A stretch of DNA of 64,000 nucleotides, taken from assembly GCF_026210795.1 (NCBI RefSeq), contig NC_089435.1:3968001-4032000 (forward strand). The letters run 5' to 3'. The stretch is from Rhizophagus irregularis (Eukaryota). Position numbers and translations under genes: made by a program. Shown here piece after piece: positions 13,901-28,502 of this stretch. Below the pieces are notes generated by a model. That model did not search any database. It saw nothing but the letters and a program-made list of their open reading frames with translations, and was not told the origin of the DNA. How positions within the stretch are numbered: the first letter of the stretch is position 1; the number at the start of each line of letters is the position of its first letter.

Positions 13901-16900
13901 CAATACCTCTTTTCAATAATTCTCTAATTCTCAATACTTGAGGTAAACTCTTGTCAGATTCTAACATTAAAGAACAAACGATACATTACCATTAGTTTCT
14001 CATTTTCCTCAAAATTGAAATTAAATTTTTACAAAACTACAATTTTTATCCGAGTCTTACCGTTTAGACGAGTCAAACTTTTCTCGATAAAAACGTGTAT
14101 CTCACTTTTCTCGGAGTTAGTACAAAGATCCAAATTACTGAGAGCCGCAGCAAAATCATCACATCTCTTTTTCGAGAAAGTAAAATTTATTACTGGCAAT
14201 AAATCTCTCTTTTTCAATAAATTAATAATATTTGTCCATAAATTTTTATTTTGCTTTAAGATTGAAAGTATTTATTATTAGTAAATTATTGAATATTATA
14301 AAAATAAAAAAATCTCAGATGTAAAAAAAAATACCTGTTGCTGAGCTCTAGGATCTCCCCCACCCCCACCTCTACCTCTTTGCCTGGTACCATTGCGACC
14401 ACTTCCACGTCCACGTCCTCCACGTCCTCCACGTCCTCCACGGGCGTCACTAGCATTTCCTTTCGATTCTTTCTCTTTGTTTAATGCATTTTGAGCTTTC
14501 TTCCATCTGTAATAATTTAAAAGTCAGATATCTAAAACATTTATAAGCTTTCCCTACGTGGTGGTATACGTACTCTTGATCTGAGAAGACTTTTTTCGCA
14601 TCAACAATTTTATAAAGTTCATTTTCAGCATATAAATAATGTTCAAGTGGTACGGGACGTTTATATGTACTAATTACATAAATTTCTTTCTTTTTTGTTC
14701 GCCTATTTAAATTAATTTACAATTAGAGTTGAAAAAAACAAATTTTTCTTAGATCGTAAAATATCACAATGAATATTATACCCAATCCAATCAGCAAATT
14801 CTTTTGTATTCGGTACAGTAGCCGATAAAAGAACAAGATTTACGTGAGCAGGTAACATGATAATAACTTCTTCCCATACCACACCACGCTATGTAAAAAT
14901 ATACAATCGAATACATTAATATGACTAATATCAATCTTTAACTAAAATAGATTTTTACCTCTGAATCATTAATATAATGAACTTCATCAAATATAACAAA
15001 TTCGACATCTCTGATCAAGTCGGCTCCTTTATATAACATTGACCTTAAAATTTCTGTTGTCATAATCAAACAAGAAGCTTCAGGTCGAATTTGTATATCT
15101 CCTGTTAATATACCAACATCATCAAACTTAGTTTTAAAATCACTATATTTTTGATTTGAGAGAGCCTTAATCGGGGATGTATATATAGTTCTAAAAAAGA
15201 AAGAGGACTTAATATCAATGGTTGTGTAAGAATAATATAAATGTATTGTATTAAGAACTACCGTGTCATATGTTTTGAAGCTAAAGATATAGCATATTCA
15301 GCGACTGCAGTTTTACCGGCTGAAGTATGAGCAGCCACAAATACTGAATCCCCATTTTCCAGATGGTAAATTGCTTGTTTTTGAAATATATCCAATTCAA
15401 ATTTGAACTATAATTGAAAATATAAGTCAATATTAACTTCATTTTTGTTTTTTTTTTGTTGTTTCTCGTTACTCAATATACATACCTCATAAGCAAGCTC
15501 TGGAACAAGTTCTTTAAAATTCTCCATATCCATTTTTACCTCATGAGCCCACTCTTGCTTTCGAGAATTTGCTTTACTTACTTTACTTGCTACACTTGAG
15601 CCTTCAAGTGGAGGCGGCTGAAAGTAAATGAATATATTATACATGGCAACTTTTGAATATTTATTATACAACACTAAGACATGATTTTCATACCTGAGTT
15701 GGTAAAAGGTTATCAACAGAGTCTTCGTCTTTTATATCTTTACTTGTTACTTCTGTTTCTTCATTTTTCTCCACTTTCACGAGTTCAATATCCTATTTAG
15801 GTAAAACAATATATTATTAATTCAATATTATTAAACATTTAACATATCTTGCAATAGCGTGTTATCCTAACTTCTTGTACTTTATTATCCCGAACATCTT
15901 CCGTTTCATACAAAGGTTCAAGGAATTCGGTCAGTTCATCCTCGTCATGAGTAATCATATCAGTAATATTTAATCCCACATATTTATTTGTAGATCGAAT
16001 TTGACGGTCTTTTTCATCTATTGAGTGTACGTTAAATTAAAAGATTCGGCGTGTCTAAACATATTATGAACTATTGCAACAATTAAAATTTTTAGAATTA
16101 AAAAAGTTGTCCATCTAGTACCTTCAAATATTAAACCACGGTCAAATCCTGGAGGTATCGATAAAATTTCAACTTGATAAAGTTCAAATTGAACGAAAAA
16201 GTATATATGTGTATTTAAATTTAATGGGAAAAAAAACGTAATATTATATTATATAACGCTTTAATAAAAGAAAATTCTCTTACGTTACATCATATTATAG
16301 AATAATACAAACCATCTTCGAAACTCAACGGAATTTCCTTATCAATAATATCATTTATCACTTCTGCGTCAACCATCACTTCAGGTTCCAATCCACCTAG
16401 AAAAAACGATTTTAGTCAAAATGTTTTTATTTAAACTAATATAATTTAAATAGTTCATACCAGGAGTGAATGGAAATTGACTAGAAGCTCCTCTGACAAA
16501 ATGATTTATAGATCCAGGTTCACGTAATAATGATGTTGAATTTTTGACAGTCAAATTCAAATCAGTAACCACAACCTTTAACCACGAACAAATTAATTAG
16601 AATCTTAAAAAGTAACTTTTTTTCAAGCTTCAAAATATATAAATATATGCAGTTACTTCTTTATATCCAATAATTTTTCCATCAGGACCATCTCGAGCAA
16701 TTTCCAAAGTAGTTCGTGGTTTTGATGGTTCCAATACAGTTAATGAAATAAAATCGGGCTCACGTTCCAATAATCTTATAAAGAAATATTTAAATAAACA
16801 GAATTTCTGTCATATTTTAAATATATTCATTAAAACAATTACTAACTGTTGACATTTGAATAACCACGAAGTTGGGAATGAAGTACGAGGTATTAAATAT

Positions 16901-17184
16901 CTTTCTTCTATGTCTCGTTGTACTTCTTCTCGTGACAAGGGTCTTCCAAGTCCAACTGGTAGCTAGTTAAACAGAACTTAACAATAAATTAACTCTAATA
17001 ATGAGATATAATTAAAATTATACTGTTAATACATACTACAAGTAATTCCTCATTCAAAATATCATTTGTGCTAACTGGAATATTATTTAAATAACTAATT
17101 AGGAAAAATATACACTAAAGAAAACGACGAAATTAAAAAACAAAAGGGTTTAATGATTAAACCTGATACTGCAATATCATCCAT
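10940..17184 (-). CDS. SKI2: Ski2 DExH RNA helicase (cytoplasmic exosome cofactor), more than 20 exons
   Basis: Motifs across exons: [48 protein letters not shown]. Also Ski2-type N-terminus (STSLLREPG...FVRG...FPFTPG), an RGG-rich insert (~14350-14445) and the DSHCT end [16 protein letters not shown] at 17184; last coding exon 10940-10948. Confidence 0.95.
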
Positions 17185-17619
17185 TTGCTTAATTCGTGTT
17201 AATAAGACAGAACTGAAAATAATAGTTTTGGATTTCAAGCCCCCCATTATTTTACGATAATTTATCCGGCCATTATACCCGATATAGATAATCCTATCAA
17301 GTCGATCACGAATTTGTTTTTATTTTTTCTTTTCCATTTTATTTTATGTCGAGTACAAGAAAAACTTTCATATAAACCTTTTGTATAATAAGTATTTTTT
17401 ACATTCCCTGCAATTTTACTTATGTATTTTTTAGTTTACAAACTGTCTGTACTGTCTGTACATTTTATAGGGAGTTATTGTCTGTATTCTCCAGCGGAAA
17501 ATGAAACGTGATGGTGCTTTAAATAACCCTAGCTCTTGGTATTAACTTTATTACGAATAATAATGAGGCATTTATATCGTAGTATCACGTGATTAATTAA
17601 AAACATTATATAATTTGAA

Positions 17620-18845
17620 CTATGCATAGTTTTCAGTTTCTATATCGGAATCATTTTCATTACTAATTGTAAGACTGTCATTCAAAGGATTAGTAGAATT
17701 ATTAAAAATTTGAGTTTGTTGAAGTGGTGGAATTATAGAAGGATAAATAGCCGAATTAATATTTGAACTATTAAAACTAATTGGTTGATTAGGTGACCAA
17801 GGAATACACAATAGTGGAGTTTCGACTGTCAAATTTACAGCACCATATTGATATGGAACAAAAGTGCTAGTAGATGGTATAATATTATCATTCACATATA
17901 TTTGATCGTTATTTAATGCGCCGCCTAAAAGTGTACTTCCTAACGAACTTCCTCCAATAATGCCAGTTTGATAATAAAGTTGATAATTCGGTTGTCGTTG
18001 ATCCGTTTGAGCCAATAAAAATTGTTTCGATAGATATTGTATTGGTTGTTGTTCATTTCTCTTTTTTTGAATTTTTTTTGAATAATTTCTATTTATCTTT
18101 GGCATCTTTTCCGAATTTAAAATATCTTCTCCAGGCTGAAGGTATCGAAGTTCTTCAAACGCCCGAGGAGGTAAAGATGATTCTGGTGAAATGACGGCAT
18201 CTTCATAAATAATCATATGTTGATATTCTTCGTTAAATTTAATGCTTAGGGTTTTCTTTAATAAACCATCTTTCCTCAATAAAAACGTTCCTTTGCTACA
18301 TTGATGTACTTTAAGTCCTTCAGTGGTGATTCGTTTTTGTAACAAATCGTCCAAAGGTTCATGACGTTTGATGTTTAGATCACGTGTTGCTAATTCACGA
18401 TAAACTAGGAAATCTTTGATAATCCTACTTGGGCTCCATAATCTCCCATCTGTCCATCGTTTTATTCCTGATTCAATTTCATCAAACACATAACTAGGAG
18501 AGAAAAAAAAGAAATATTTTTTAAAAAAAGTAACTACAAAGTTCTTACGATAAAATACTTACACTTTTCCACCACGTAATTCTTCTTTCTCCTTCTCCAG
18601 CAATCGACGTGTGGTCTTATGAAGGATTCCCTGCCGGCACGCTTCTATTATATAATAAAAAAATTACGTAACTTGGCGATTGGGAACAATTTATTTATTT
18701 TAAACTTACCAAAAATAACCAATGCATCATTTAAAGTTTCAACTCTCCCTGGAAAGTAGTCAAATGTGAAAACAGTCTTCTTTTTAAATAAATTACGCGA
18801 GTATAAGTTCGAACGATTAATTAACGAACCTCGATAAGTTTCCAT
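17620..18845 (-). CDS. Gti1/Pac2 (WOPR/Wor1-like) transcription factor, 4 exons
   Basis: Spliced: METYRG|RVETLNDALVIF|EACRQGILHKTTRRLLEKEKEELRGGKV|YVFDEIESGIKRWTDGRLWSPSRI...GLLKKTLSI, the WOPRa/WOPRb signatures; Q/N/S-rich C-terminus. Confidence 0.92.
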
Positions 18846-19289
18846 TTTTTTTTCTGGAGAAAAAAAGGTGCAAAAAAGGAGATTAAAAGATTTAAAATAA
18901 ACAAGAAAATTTCTGTGATTATTTTATACTTTTTTTTTGTATCATGAAAAAAAAAAGAGTCTAAATAGACTTCTTCAAGTGTAAAAAAAAAGTTTGATAA
19001 AGTCTATCTAGATCACACATATTTGATTAATAAGTGAGAATTATATTTTTTAATACATCAACGAAAATATATAACACTAAATGTATATATGTCAAGATTT
19101 ATGATTAACTATAAATCACTTTCAGCCATATGTGACAAAATAAGATAAATTTATCGTAAACATTTTATTAACATTTTATCAATTATATAATTAAATTAAT
19201 TAACTACAAACCACTTTATAATTAAATGATCAATTAATCAATTATCTATAAATAGTCCTACTCAAAATATAACGAAGTTTTATATTTAT

Positions 19290-19738
19290 TCATTTATTTA
19301 ACATTTCACGTTGTTTAATCTCCAATTGTCTACGTTTATTAAAATATTCGACCTTTTACGAATTCAAATTTGAATTATACCAATTATATCATCATTCAAT
19401 GATTAAATTATATATAAATTTAAATTAAAATTATAAATATTAATGAATAATAAAATCATCAAAATAATTAAAGTTTCTTCGATTTTATCTTCACTTACCC
19501 AACTTGTAATACAAGATTTTTCATATTCTTCCTTCTTTTTCCAACAATTAAATTTTTTTACCAATTTTTGCATGTTTTCATCATTTTGTACTGAAACTGG
19601 GTCAACAAATAATTTATCATCATTATTCGAATTATTGATATTATCTAAACATTCAAAATATTCATCTCGTAATTTCCAACAGAGATCTCTTTGGGAGCGT
19701 AAAGGTGGTATTGATTGAGTGTTTGTTGATGAAGTCAT
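19290..19738 (-). CDS. COA6: Cytochrome c oxidase assembly factor 6 (COX6B-like), 2 exons
   Basis: RDLCWKLRDEYFECLD...C-x10-CITSW|VEYFNKRR; intron ~19353-19498; stop TGA at 19290. Confidence 0.85.
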
Positions 19739-22008
19739 TTTATTTTATGAAAACAAATTTGAGTATGTAATGTGTGAAATTAAAAATTTTTTTTTTGACT
19801 CTGCTTTTATTAAAGATCAGCGATTTGTTGATATTCACGTGATGAGTACTTCATTAATGGTATTAACGAAGAATCAACTGCGCACGTAAGAAGCAATCAC
19901 GCATGTGTATTACTTTCCACGCTATAGGTCATAAGAACACTAGATATCGTTCATTAATTATGGCAAAATATCACCTAGGAAAGCTGCAAGACACTTTCTG
20001 AGAGACCTCGCATTCTCCAAGTAGTTTTATAATTAATAATCCACAGACTTCTTCATTTCGAGATCGTTGAACAATTCATGGGGAGATCTCCAGTATTGAT
20101 GAATAACAACTCAATATTTTGATATTTTCACGGAGAACCGAATTTCTTATTCTTGCATAGCACGTAATTCTAAAAAAAACCAAATTTTAGTAAAAATTTT
20201 TTTGATTGTAATGAAATAATATATGTAATGGTTTCTTTATTTTGGTCTCCGCAGCTTCAATGTGGTTCTGTCTTCGTTCCACTCTAGTTAACTTATGATT
20301 AATAGATGAAAGTTGTCTTAGAATCAATTTTATATATTACTATAAATTTGAAGAAGTTTTATTCAAGTGTAATGGAATTACATAGAATAAAAATGAAAAT
20401 TGATAATTCAATTGGAAGATTTAAATGTTATAAACAACAGATATTCATATTGATTACAAATACTGTATAATTTTTTAGTCTTAAATGAATTATTTAATAA
20501 AATCAAATAGTTAATAAAAGGAAGAACTAATGTTTTAATGGCTTTAATTTACCATATATAAGCAACCTTTTTTTATTATAGGATTGCCTATTTTCAAATA
20601 CAACTATTTTTCAATATTACTAATAATCATCTGATTTTTTTGTATTATCATTTAGCCACATAGAACATCCTATCCATTTATTTTTATGCAGACATACAAT
20701 AATCCATATATGATTATACGATAATTAAAGTACATACTAATGAATATATTACTTTATGTAATTAACTACTATAATTATTAAAATAAATGTTAATATTAAC
20801 ATTTTGAGTACTGGATCCTTTAATTAGATTATGTATTTGTTGCAATTGAGGTGTAACTTCTTGAGAGTTTAAAGAACTAATAAACTTTTTTTAAACTTTT
20901 ACATATAATTTTTTTTAAAACTAATATATAAACTTTTTTAACTCTCAATATGAACTAAAAAAAACTAAATAATAATATAATTATTGTATGTGATATACTT
21001 AACAATAAGATAAAATGGCTGTGCCATTTTATTTTATTATCAAGTATACTCCATAGTCCATACAATAATATGTAAGTATAATATGACCTTTATCTCATAT
21101 GTAAACCTGATTTAAACTTACTTTATTTTCTATTTTTACAAGAAAAAATGCCACAAAAGTATAAAATAAGTTAAATATAAAAAGTTGTTAGATGGACTTT
21201 ATACCTAATAAGATAAAAATAAAAGTTGTTAATTATGCAAAACAATATAGCAAAAGTGCAAAACCTTCAGCATGCTAAAATAAGCAATATATAATAATTA
21301 AATTAAGCAATTTTGAAGAAAATTTCTGATGAAATTATTATTAATTCTTTTAAAAATATGGTATAACAATTTTATCAGTAAATTCTAATAAAGATAGTGA
21401 AAAATCAGAAATTAATAAAGAGTTGAAAACAGAAATTAAAAATTAATGAAAAACATAAATTATTAATAAAAATTAATATCATTTATAGTATACTAATTAT
21501 AGTTTACAAAATATAGATTATTAAAAAAAAAAAAAAATTATAGATTACAAAAAAAAATAACAAATTAGTGTAATAATTATAATATTTAAGAATAATAATG
21601 TTTAATTACTATATTTATTATTTAGATAGTTAAATTATATATATTAGTTACTTTATTACTAGTTAATTAAATTAAACTATTAAAGACATTAACAGAAGCT
21701 GTCAAAATGGTATATTGTGCATATAGATTTTACACACTGTAAGAAACATTTTTTTTATTATAATTAATTTAAAAAATGGTAAGAAACGTTTTTTTTTTAT
21801 TATAATTTTAAAAAACATTAAGAAAATGTTTCTTAACGTTTTTTTATTATAATTAATATTTTTTTATTATAATTATTTTTTTATTATTTTTTATTATAAT
21901 TAATATTTTTTTTTTATTATAATGTTTTATTATAATTAATTAAAATAACATTTTTTTTAAATGGCTAACTAAAAAATTATTTTTTTTTGAACGGGTTTAG
22001 TTAATATA

Positions 22009-22176
22009 CTGTATTTTTCCAAAATTAGTCACTTCTTTTTTACAAGGATTTTGATTAAAAAACTTGGGAAGGTGCTTAATTTTTACTAGTATTTTATATA
22101 AAAATCTTTTTATCAAAGTTCGAAAAGTTGGTAGAGGTGCTTAATTTCAGAAATGACTAATTTTGAAAAAATACGG
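22009..22176. mobile_element. pogo/Tigger-type MITE
   Basis: TIR ctgtatttttccaaaattagtca / tgactaattttgaaaaaatacgg; TA TSD. Confidence 0.8.
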
Positions 22177-22748
22177 TAACTATTATTTGATAACAGACTA
22201 GGTAAATTTTAATCTAATCTGTTTTGATCTATTTAACTCATTAATAATTTTATTTATTTTATTAAATAATAAATATAAGAATAAGTTTATGTAATGTTTG
22301 TATAATTTCAGATTGTATAACATTTATGTGTGATTTCTTTTTTTTCTTTAAAATTTCTTCAGTTACAATTAAATTTACATCGTAAAGAAACAATAAGCAT
22401 AATTAAATTTACATCATATACAGTCAACTCCCTCTATAGTCACTTCCATTATAGTCACATTCTACTATATAGTTATACCAGTTAAATGTTCAAAACACTT
22501 TATTATTAAAATCTATCCTATATAATCACAATCTATCTATAGTTATTATCACACCTATCCTCAAAAATCTTATATTAAAAAGAACCGTTTATAATTACAG
22601 TTATATAAAGAACATATTAAATAACTTAATATCTAATAATTGTACAACGCAAAGATGTACCATAGCTTGTTAGAATTATCTTACTGAAATGAATCAAATG
22701 GTAATAGTTTTATCCTTTTACTTTGCTAGTATTTACTTTGCTAGTATT

Positions 22749-22796
22749 TACGATTAGGTCTCCCTTTACCTCTTATGAGACATCATCAGACCAGTA
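22749..22796 (-). ncRNA. Degenerate minimal type I hammerhead ribozyme (Penelope-like form)
   Basis: Minus strand: TACTGGT CTGATGA T GTCTC ATAA GAGGT AAA GG GAGA CC TA ATCGTA. This gives stem I, the CUGAUGA core, stem II, (G)AAA, stem III with a GAGA loop, a UA cleavage site and stem I'. G12 is missing. Confidence 0.55.
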
Positions 22797-23680
22797 TTTT
22801 ATCATCCTTAAGGGATAACTATTCAACTGAGTACTTAATTCCTTAGGTAGACAGCATCATATATGAGGACTTCCTCCATTGAGCCACTTTTAAGGCTGAT
22901 CTGAAGCTAAAAATATGCTGCCTACTCATTCTTTACCCATTGCATGATACTAGTACTCAATTTATTTTACAACCTTTAGAAAGCACCTACTCTCATGGAG
23001 GACTTTTGACAGGTAACATTAACCATCTAGTATCCTCCCATACTACCATTTTAGGTATAAGGTTTTCACTCAAAGCAGCCACTATGGCCTGTGATTCACC
23101 CAGTACGGATGGGCATGTACGAACCTTAAGTGGTATACTTTATAGCGACTATTCAGACAGAAAGTAGCAGGCATCTGTTCAGAATCACCCCTTATGGTAA
23201 GCATCAAATACCAGGGATCACTGACCAGGATCTAAAGAATAAGAAATTGAATTCATAACCATGCTACCTATTCTGTACATAAATATCCCTTTGTGGTTTA
23301 TCACCTATTAGAAGGCTAAAGGTCTATACTGAAACTACCACAATGTAAGACACCTGCATTGGCTGCTATATGTGTTGAGATGAAGAAGGAACTAGGATAA
23401 CCATTTGGCCATATTGGATCCAGGCGATATCATGCTAAAACGACTACCTAAACCGAAGCAAAGTCCCAATTCCCTTAAGATATATATTTAATAACCTCAA
23501 AGACAGAACTGCACACATACCAATGGCTTTATAGGGAACATTAGAAGGACACTATAACCTTTAGTTGAAATGTGCAGTCTAACTGTATACACTAATTCAC
23601 TATGATGCAATCTAACTATACTAATCTCTATATCTTCACGTTATTACATAAGATCTGCAGTAAAATTTGTTTAATTTTCA

Positions 23681-23763
23681 TGATCAGTGGAATTGAACCT
23701 GTAACTTCATCATACTCAGACTATATGAGGGAGTGCCACCTTAATGACTGCACTAGGGTGATC
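23681..23763 (-). pseudogene. tRNA-like sequence (possibly Met-CAT with an intron), likely the head of a SINE-like element
   Basis: A-box-like TAGTGCAGTC, anticodon-like CTCATA, B box GGTTCAATTCC, acceptor remnant GATCA/TGATC; T stem damaged. Confidence 0.55.
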
Positions 23764-24299
23764 AGCCCTAAAGTTATTCAATGAAATGTTTAATATTGGC
23801 ATTATAATATTTCTTAATTTACGTTTACTGTGCCATTTAACATTTTGCTAAATTTCTCAGTATCTAGTGATTATAAAAAGACGATTAATAGCTTGTTGGA
23901 ATCGTTTCATCAAGATGAATCGAATGGTAGTAAGATTGTCTCTCTAGGATCAATATTGGCAGAGTTATTACACAAAAATCATTAATATTTTTTAATTTCA
24001 AAAATTAATCTAGTAATTGGATTTTGATGTATTTTATACCATTAGAACTGTCTCATCAAGACGAATTGAATAGCGGTAAGATCATCTCTCTACAATTAAT
24101 ATTGGTAGAATTACGATACAATAAAGTTTTAAGTATAATTCTGGCTAAAATTTATGTTAATTTTTGGCCGGAATTATAATATACAAATATAAGAAATTTT
24201 TTATATAGCCACATCTCTTTATAATCACCAAATATAGGCTGTTTCAAATGTGTGACTATAAAAAGAATTGACTGTATTTGCAATAATTACAACTAATAA

Positions 24300-25133
24300 T
24301 TATAGTAATAACTAATAAACAATTATAATTTAAAATAATATTATAATAGTTCTAAAGAATAAGATAATGCAAAGTGTTCTCGTCAAGAAGAAATAAATAA
24401 TGAAATAAATAATGAAATAAATAATGATGTAATTGATGAAAAAGAATCAGAAAAAGAAATCAATGATCATAAAAAAAATGAAAAAAGAAAAAAATTTGAG
24501 GTATTAGGTTCTAAATTAAATAATAAAAATAAAAATAATAATGAAAGAAGTTTGTATAGATCTATTTTGAAAAATATAAGGATAATAAAAATGTAATATG
24601 AGCAAAGTGTCACTACTATAGGTATGTGTATAATTTTATAAATAAGTAATTGTAATTTTTACAAAATTTATTGTATATTAAATCTTAAATATTTAATTAG
24701 TTATAAAAAGTATAAAATACAGATTCAGGTGGTTCAACAGGCAATTTAAATCACCATTTAAAAGTACATTTAGACAAAGTTGATTCTTTGGTATAAAGAC
24801 AAGCCAAGTTTATAAGAAATTTTCTTGATGATGAAAATAAAAATTCTAATATGTAAGTCCATTTATTATTAACTTAATATTAGTTTGTTTTTTATAAAAA
24901 ACTTATTTTTATTTTTTTTACAGGTAGTATTTTCTAATGATATTTTTAAAGAAAAGCTAGGCATATAGATAGCCATTGATAATCAATCATTTAAAGTAGT
25001 CAAATATCCAGAATTTCGTCAATTTATAAATTTATGCAATCCAAATATTATTATACCATTTGTTGATACCATTCAAAATGATATTTTTAAACTATACAAT
25101 AATTGTCATCGAGATATTAAAAATAAATTGCAG
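24300..25133 (+). pseudogene. hAT transposase N-terminal fragment (BED zinc finger)
   Basis: Spliced remnants AKCHYY...GGSTGNLNHHLKVH and DNQSFKVVKYPEFRQFINLCNPNIIIPFVDTIQNDI, with stops. Confidence 0.65.
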
Positions 25134-27422
25134 GTAATTTATTTTATAAACTTTTTTTTTAAAAACACAATTTTACAATAAGTTTAATATAAACTTTTAT
25201 AATTTAATTAATAAAGAATGCAATAGCAAAGTACCATCATTCTTAACCATATTCTAGACTCATTTTATTTATGTTTCAGGTCTCGACTTGAAAGCTCTCC
25301 AAGCTCATTGAACAACTTTTGCACTATCAATTAAATGATTTACAATTCTTTTTCTATCTTCATGTGAACAATTATAACTATAATGAGCCAAAACTTTACT
25401 GTATATAATTCAATATATTTGATAAATCTTATCAATTTCATCAGAACTGAACAATGATACATTTTCTCTTTTTATCGCATTCTTTCGTACAGAATTAAAA
25501 TGCATTTTATTTAGCAGTTTTAGTAATACATTTTTCAGATGATCATTGTCACATTCAATGGTATTTTCACAGATAATTACTAAGGAGTTGCATATAATGC
25601 AATAAATATAAAATAAGTATTTCCTAGCTTTAAATTTTCATCTTTATATGATCTTTCAATCATTTTAAAGAAGTATTTGGATTATATTCAAGAAGTTTCT
25701 TAAATGGATAACAAACACAAGGACACCACATTTCTGGTATTTCACCATTATACCTATATTGCAGATTGTTTAATGCCTGTATTATTACAGAATTCAAACC
25801 ATTATAGTTGCTAGATTTAGCCATTTTACAGATATAGCAATTTATAGCTGTTTAGTGATTTATAGCATTTTTAGCAACTTTAAAGATTTATAGCAATTTA
25901 TAGCAAGTATATTATAATAAAATATCATATTCATTTTTATTTAATTCTTCAGGTGAAAAACAGATTCATGATTTGGCTAAATTGACTCGATCATCATGGT
26001 CGGCTAAACTATACATAGCTAAAATTTGTATTACATATGATTTCCCTAGTTTCCTGCCAGTTCTTCAATAGTTCTAGGAGGATTTTAGGAGCTGACAAGT
26101 TTCTATAAATCATGAGATGATCAGCCAGGAGGGTATTCAATGAGCAGTCACACAACATTTATAAGGATATATATAGTATTACGTCAATTATGATGATTTT
26201 ACAGAAGTACACTTACAAATTTTGTAATATAACTTGAATTTTGCAAAAATTATCTTAGTCCACTTGATCATTCAACTCCGTGATTCTAGAGAAATTTGCG
26301 CACCATTTTTTTTGAATTTTGTCAAGTAGCGTGAAGGAATTTAATAATTAGAATGGATGAGGAATATCAGTAGTGTTGAAATATAACATCAATCTATAAA
26401 TAATATTACCGAAGAGTATTCTAGAATTACGCTATTAGCTACAGATGATAAACTTTAAAGTGGTTGTCTTTGGCAAATTGTATTCCAATCGTTTGATTTG
26501 CAAGTAAAATATGATGGTTTCGTCTGTTCAATCATCATTATATTTGATGGACATCTATTTTATTACAAGAGAATTATAAATATAACGTGAAGTAGCCATG
26601 AAAACTCTTTAAAAATGACATACATTATGTCTTTCACTTTAGAAGCTAAAGAATCCCGGACACTATAATGTTTAGCTAGAAGATAAAAGAAAAGAACTCA
26701 TGATCTTTAGATGGAATGTGAACTTACAAAATTTTTTGGACATCAGTTTTTATAACACAAATATGGATTTACCTTGACTTGCCTATTGAATTATTTGTTG
26801 TTAGAAGTTCCGAAACTCGTCAGAGAGGTTATAATCTTGCAAAATTCACTGAAAAAACGCGTAGGTTGTTAGTGTACCGGTGAATGCAATTAAGTATTTA
26901 CCAAATCATATGCTCACATCCTTTTTGGAAGAATCTCTAAAATTGACTTTTTCAATGACATCCTTCCATGAATAATGAATTTTATGACGTTTTCTGGTAT
27001 CATAATATTCGGGTTCGATATTTAATATATATAGGAATTAAATTCACATTTCAAAAAATATTAATAAATGCACAACTAACATTACCTTCTTCACAGTTAG
27101 TGTGGTCATGATTAAAATCAGAAGGCAAGACGAATGGTGAGCTATGATCCTTGCATTCGCAGATGTTAATATTGTACGCTAACATTGCATATCAAACATC
27201 AGCAATGACGTAAAAGCAATAGTTAAAATTAAGTATTATACTAACTTTACTTGGTGGGTAACCATCTGTACTTTTTCTTTTTCCTACTATAATTTTATCG
27301 CTTTCAATTATGTGTTCATTTAACGCATTAGATCTTACGTGGCAAATTTCTGTTCCTAAATAATTTAAATTAAACAAGTTAAATTAATAGTCTTGCTAGC
27401 TCAAGACACAGATGCATATACT

Positions 27423-27719
27423 CAGGGTTGTGGTAGTACACCTGTACTAGCAAAATTCTAGTACGTACTGTACTAGTAAAAATTTCGTACAAGTACTAAG
27501 TACACTGTACTAATACAATTATTACTTTTTAGGATATAATTTAACCATTTTAGGTAGATATCATGTGATCAATATTGTTTATATTTATAAAATTAACCAA
27601 TAAAATTTATTAATAGTATGTACTAAAATTGTATTTGTACTAAATTTTCAAGTACAAGTACAGTACTTAGTACTGTACTATACTGTACTAGTACTGTACT
27701 AGTACAATTCCCAACCCTG
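27423..27719. mobile_element. hAT MITE rich in GTAC repeats
   Basis: TIR cagggttg / caaccctg; perfect 8-bp TSD catatact. Confidence 0.9.
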
Positions 27720-28502
27720 CATATACTGACTTCTTTTTCTTTCGTTAAATGTTGCATAATCTGTGTTTCATTTTTCTCATTTCAAATACGAATGCTATTC
27801 CAATAGTCTCTTACTGAGTTAGAATTAATAAGTTCGTTAAAATTTATCAGAAGCTTCATAGCTTTCATGGACTGTTTATTGTTTTCAGACTCTATAGTTT
27901 TTAATGCATTATATAGGACGTTTTTCGCTGGTTCCTTTGAATGAAAGGAAGATTTATCTTCCTAAAGAATTTAATAATGGTAAAATTTTCATCTAGTATA
28001 ATTTCTTTTAATGATTCTACATAAGCCTGGATAAAAAAATAAATATATTAATATAATGAACCAATTCAATAGTGATGAATAATAATTGTGAATTTGACAC
28101 AAACCATGATGTCTAAAAAAAGCAATATTAAAAAAAAACACGGATAAGTAAATCCTTGATTAACTTTGAACCGCCAATTTATTTTTAACCTAAAACTTTC
28201 TTCAGATAATATAAGATCACTACAGTATATAGCTGTTTTGCCAACCAAACCAGAGTAAGGTGTACTACTCAGATACTGTAAAGCATCCATATGCCAAGTA
28301 TCTGATATCATTCCAGATAAACTATCAAAAGTATGGCCAGATGTATTGTATTAATAAAGCTAATTGAAAAAGAAGTAAAAGCGATAGCTAAAGTTTTAAT
28401 TGTAACATCCTTTAACTTTATCACTATCACATCCCATTTTAGTAAACTTTGAAGAGAGTTACAGAAACTTAATATTCCAGAAAAATAATCTTTGCTACAT
28501 TA

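Larger units (their letters stand above)
22421..24274. mobile_element. Tigger-like non-autonomous element hosting a ~1-kb insert
   Basis: TIR cagtcaactccctctatagtcac / gtgactataaaaagaattgactg; TA TSD. Confidence 0.8.

Noticed and set aside
23681..23763. Functional tRNA gene
   Set aside because: T and acceptor stems are damaged and it sits at the end of an insertion.
26300..28000. Degenerate multi-exon gene on the minus strand
   Set aside because: Splice-like signals are present but no coherent frame or family could be assigned.
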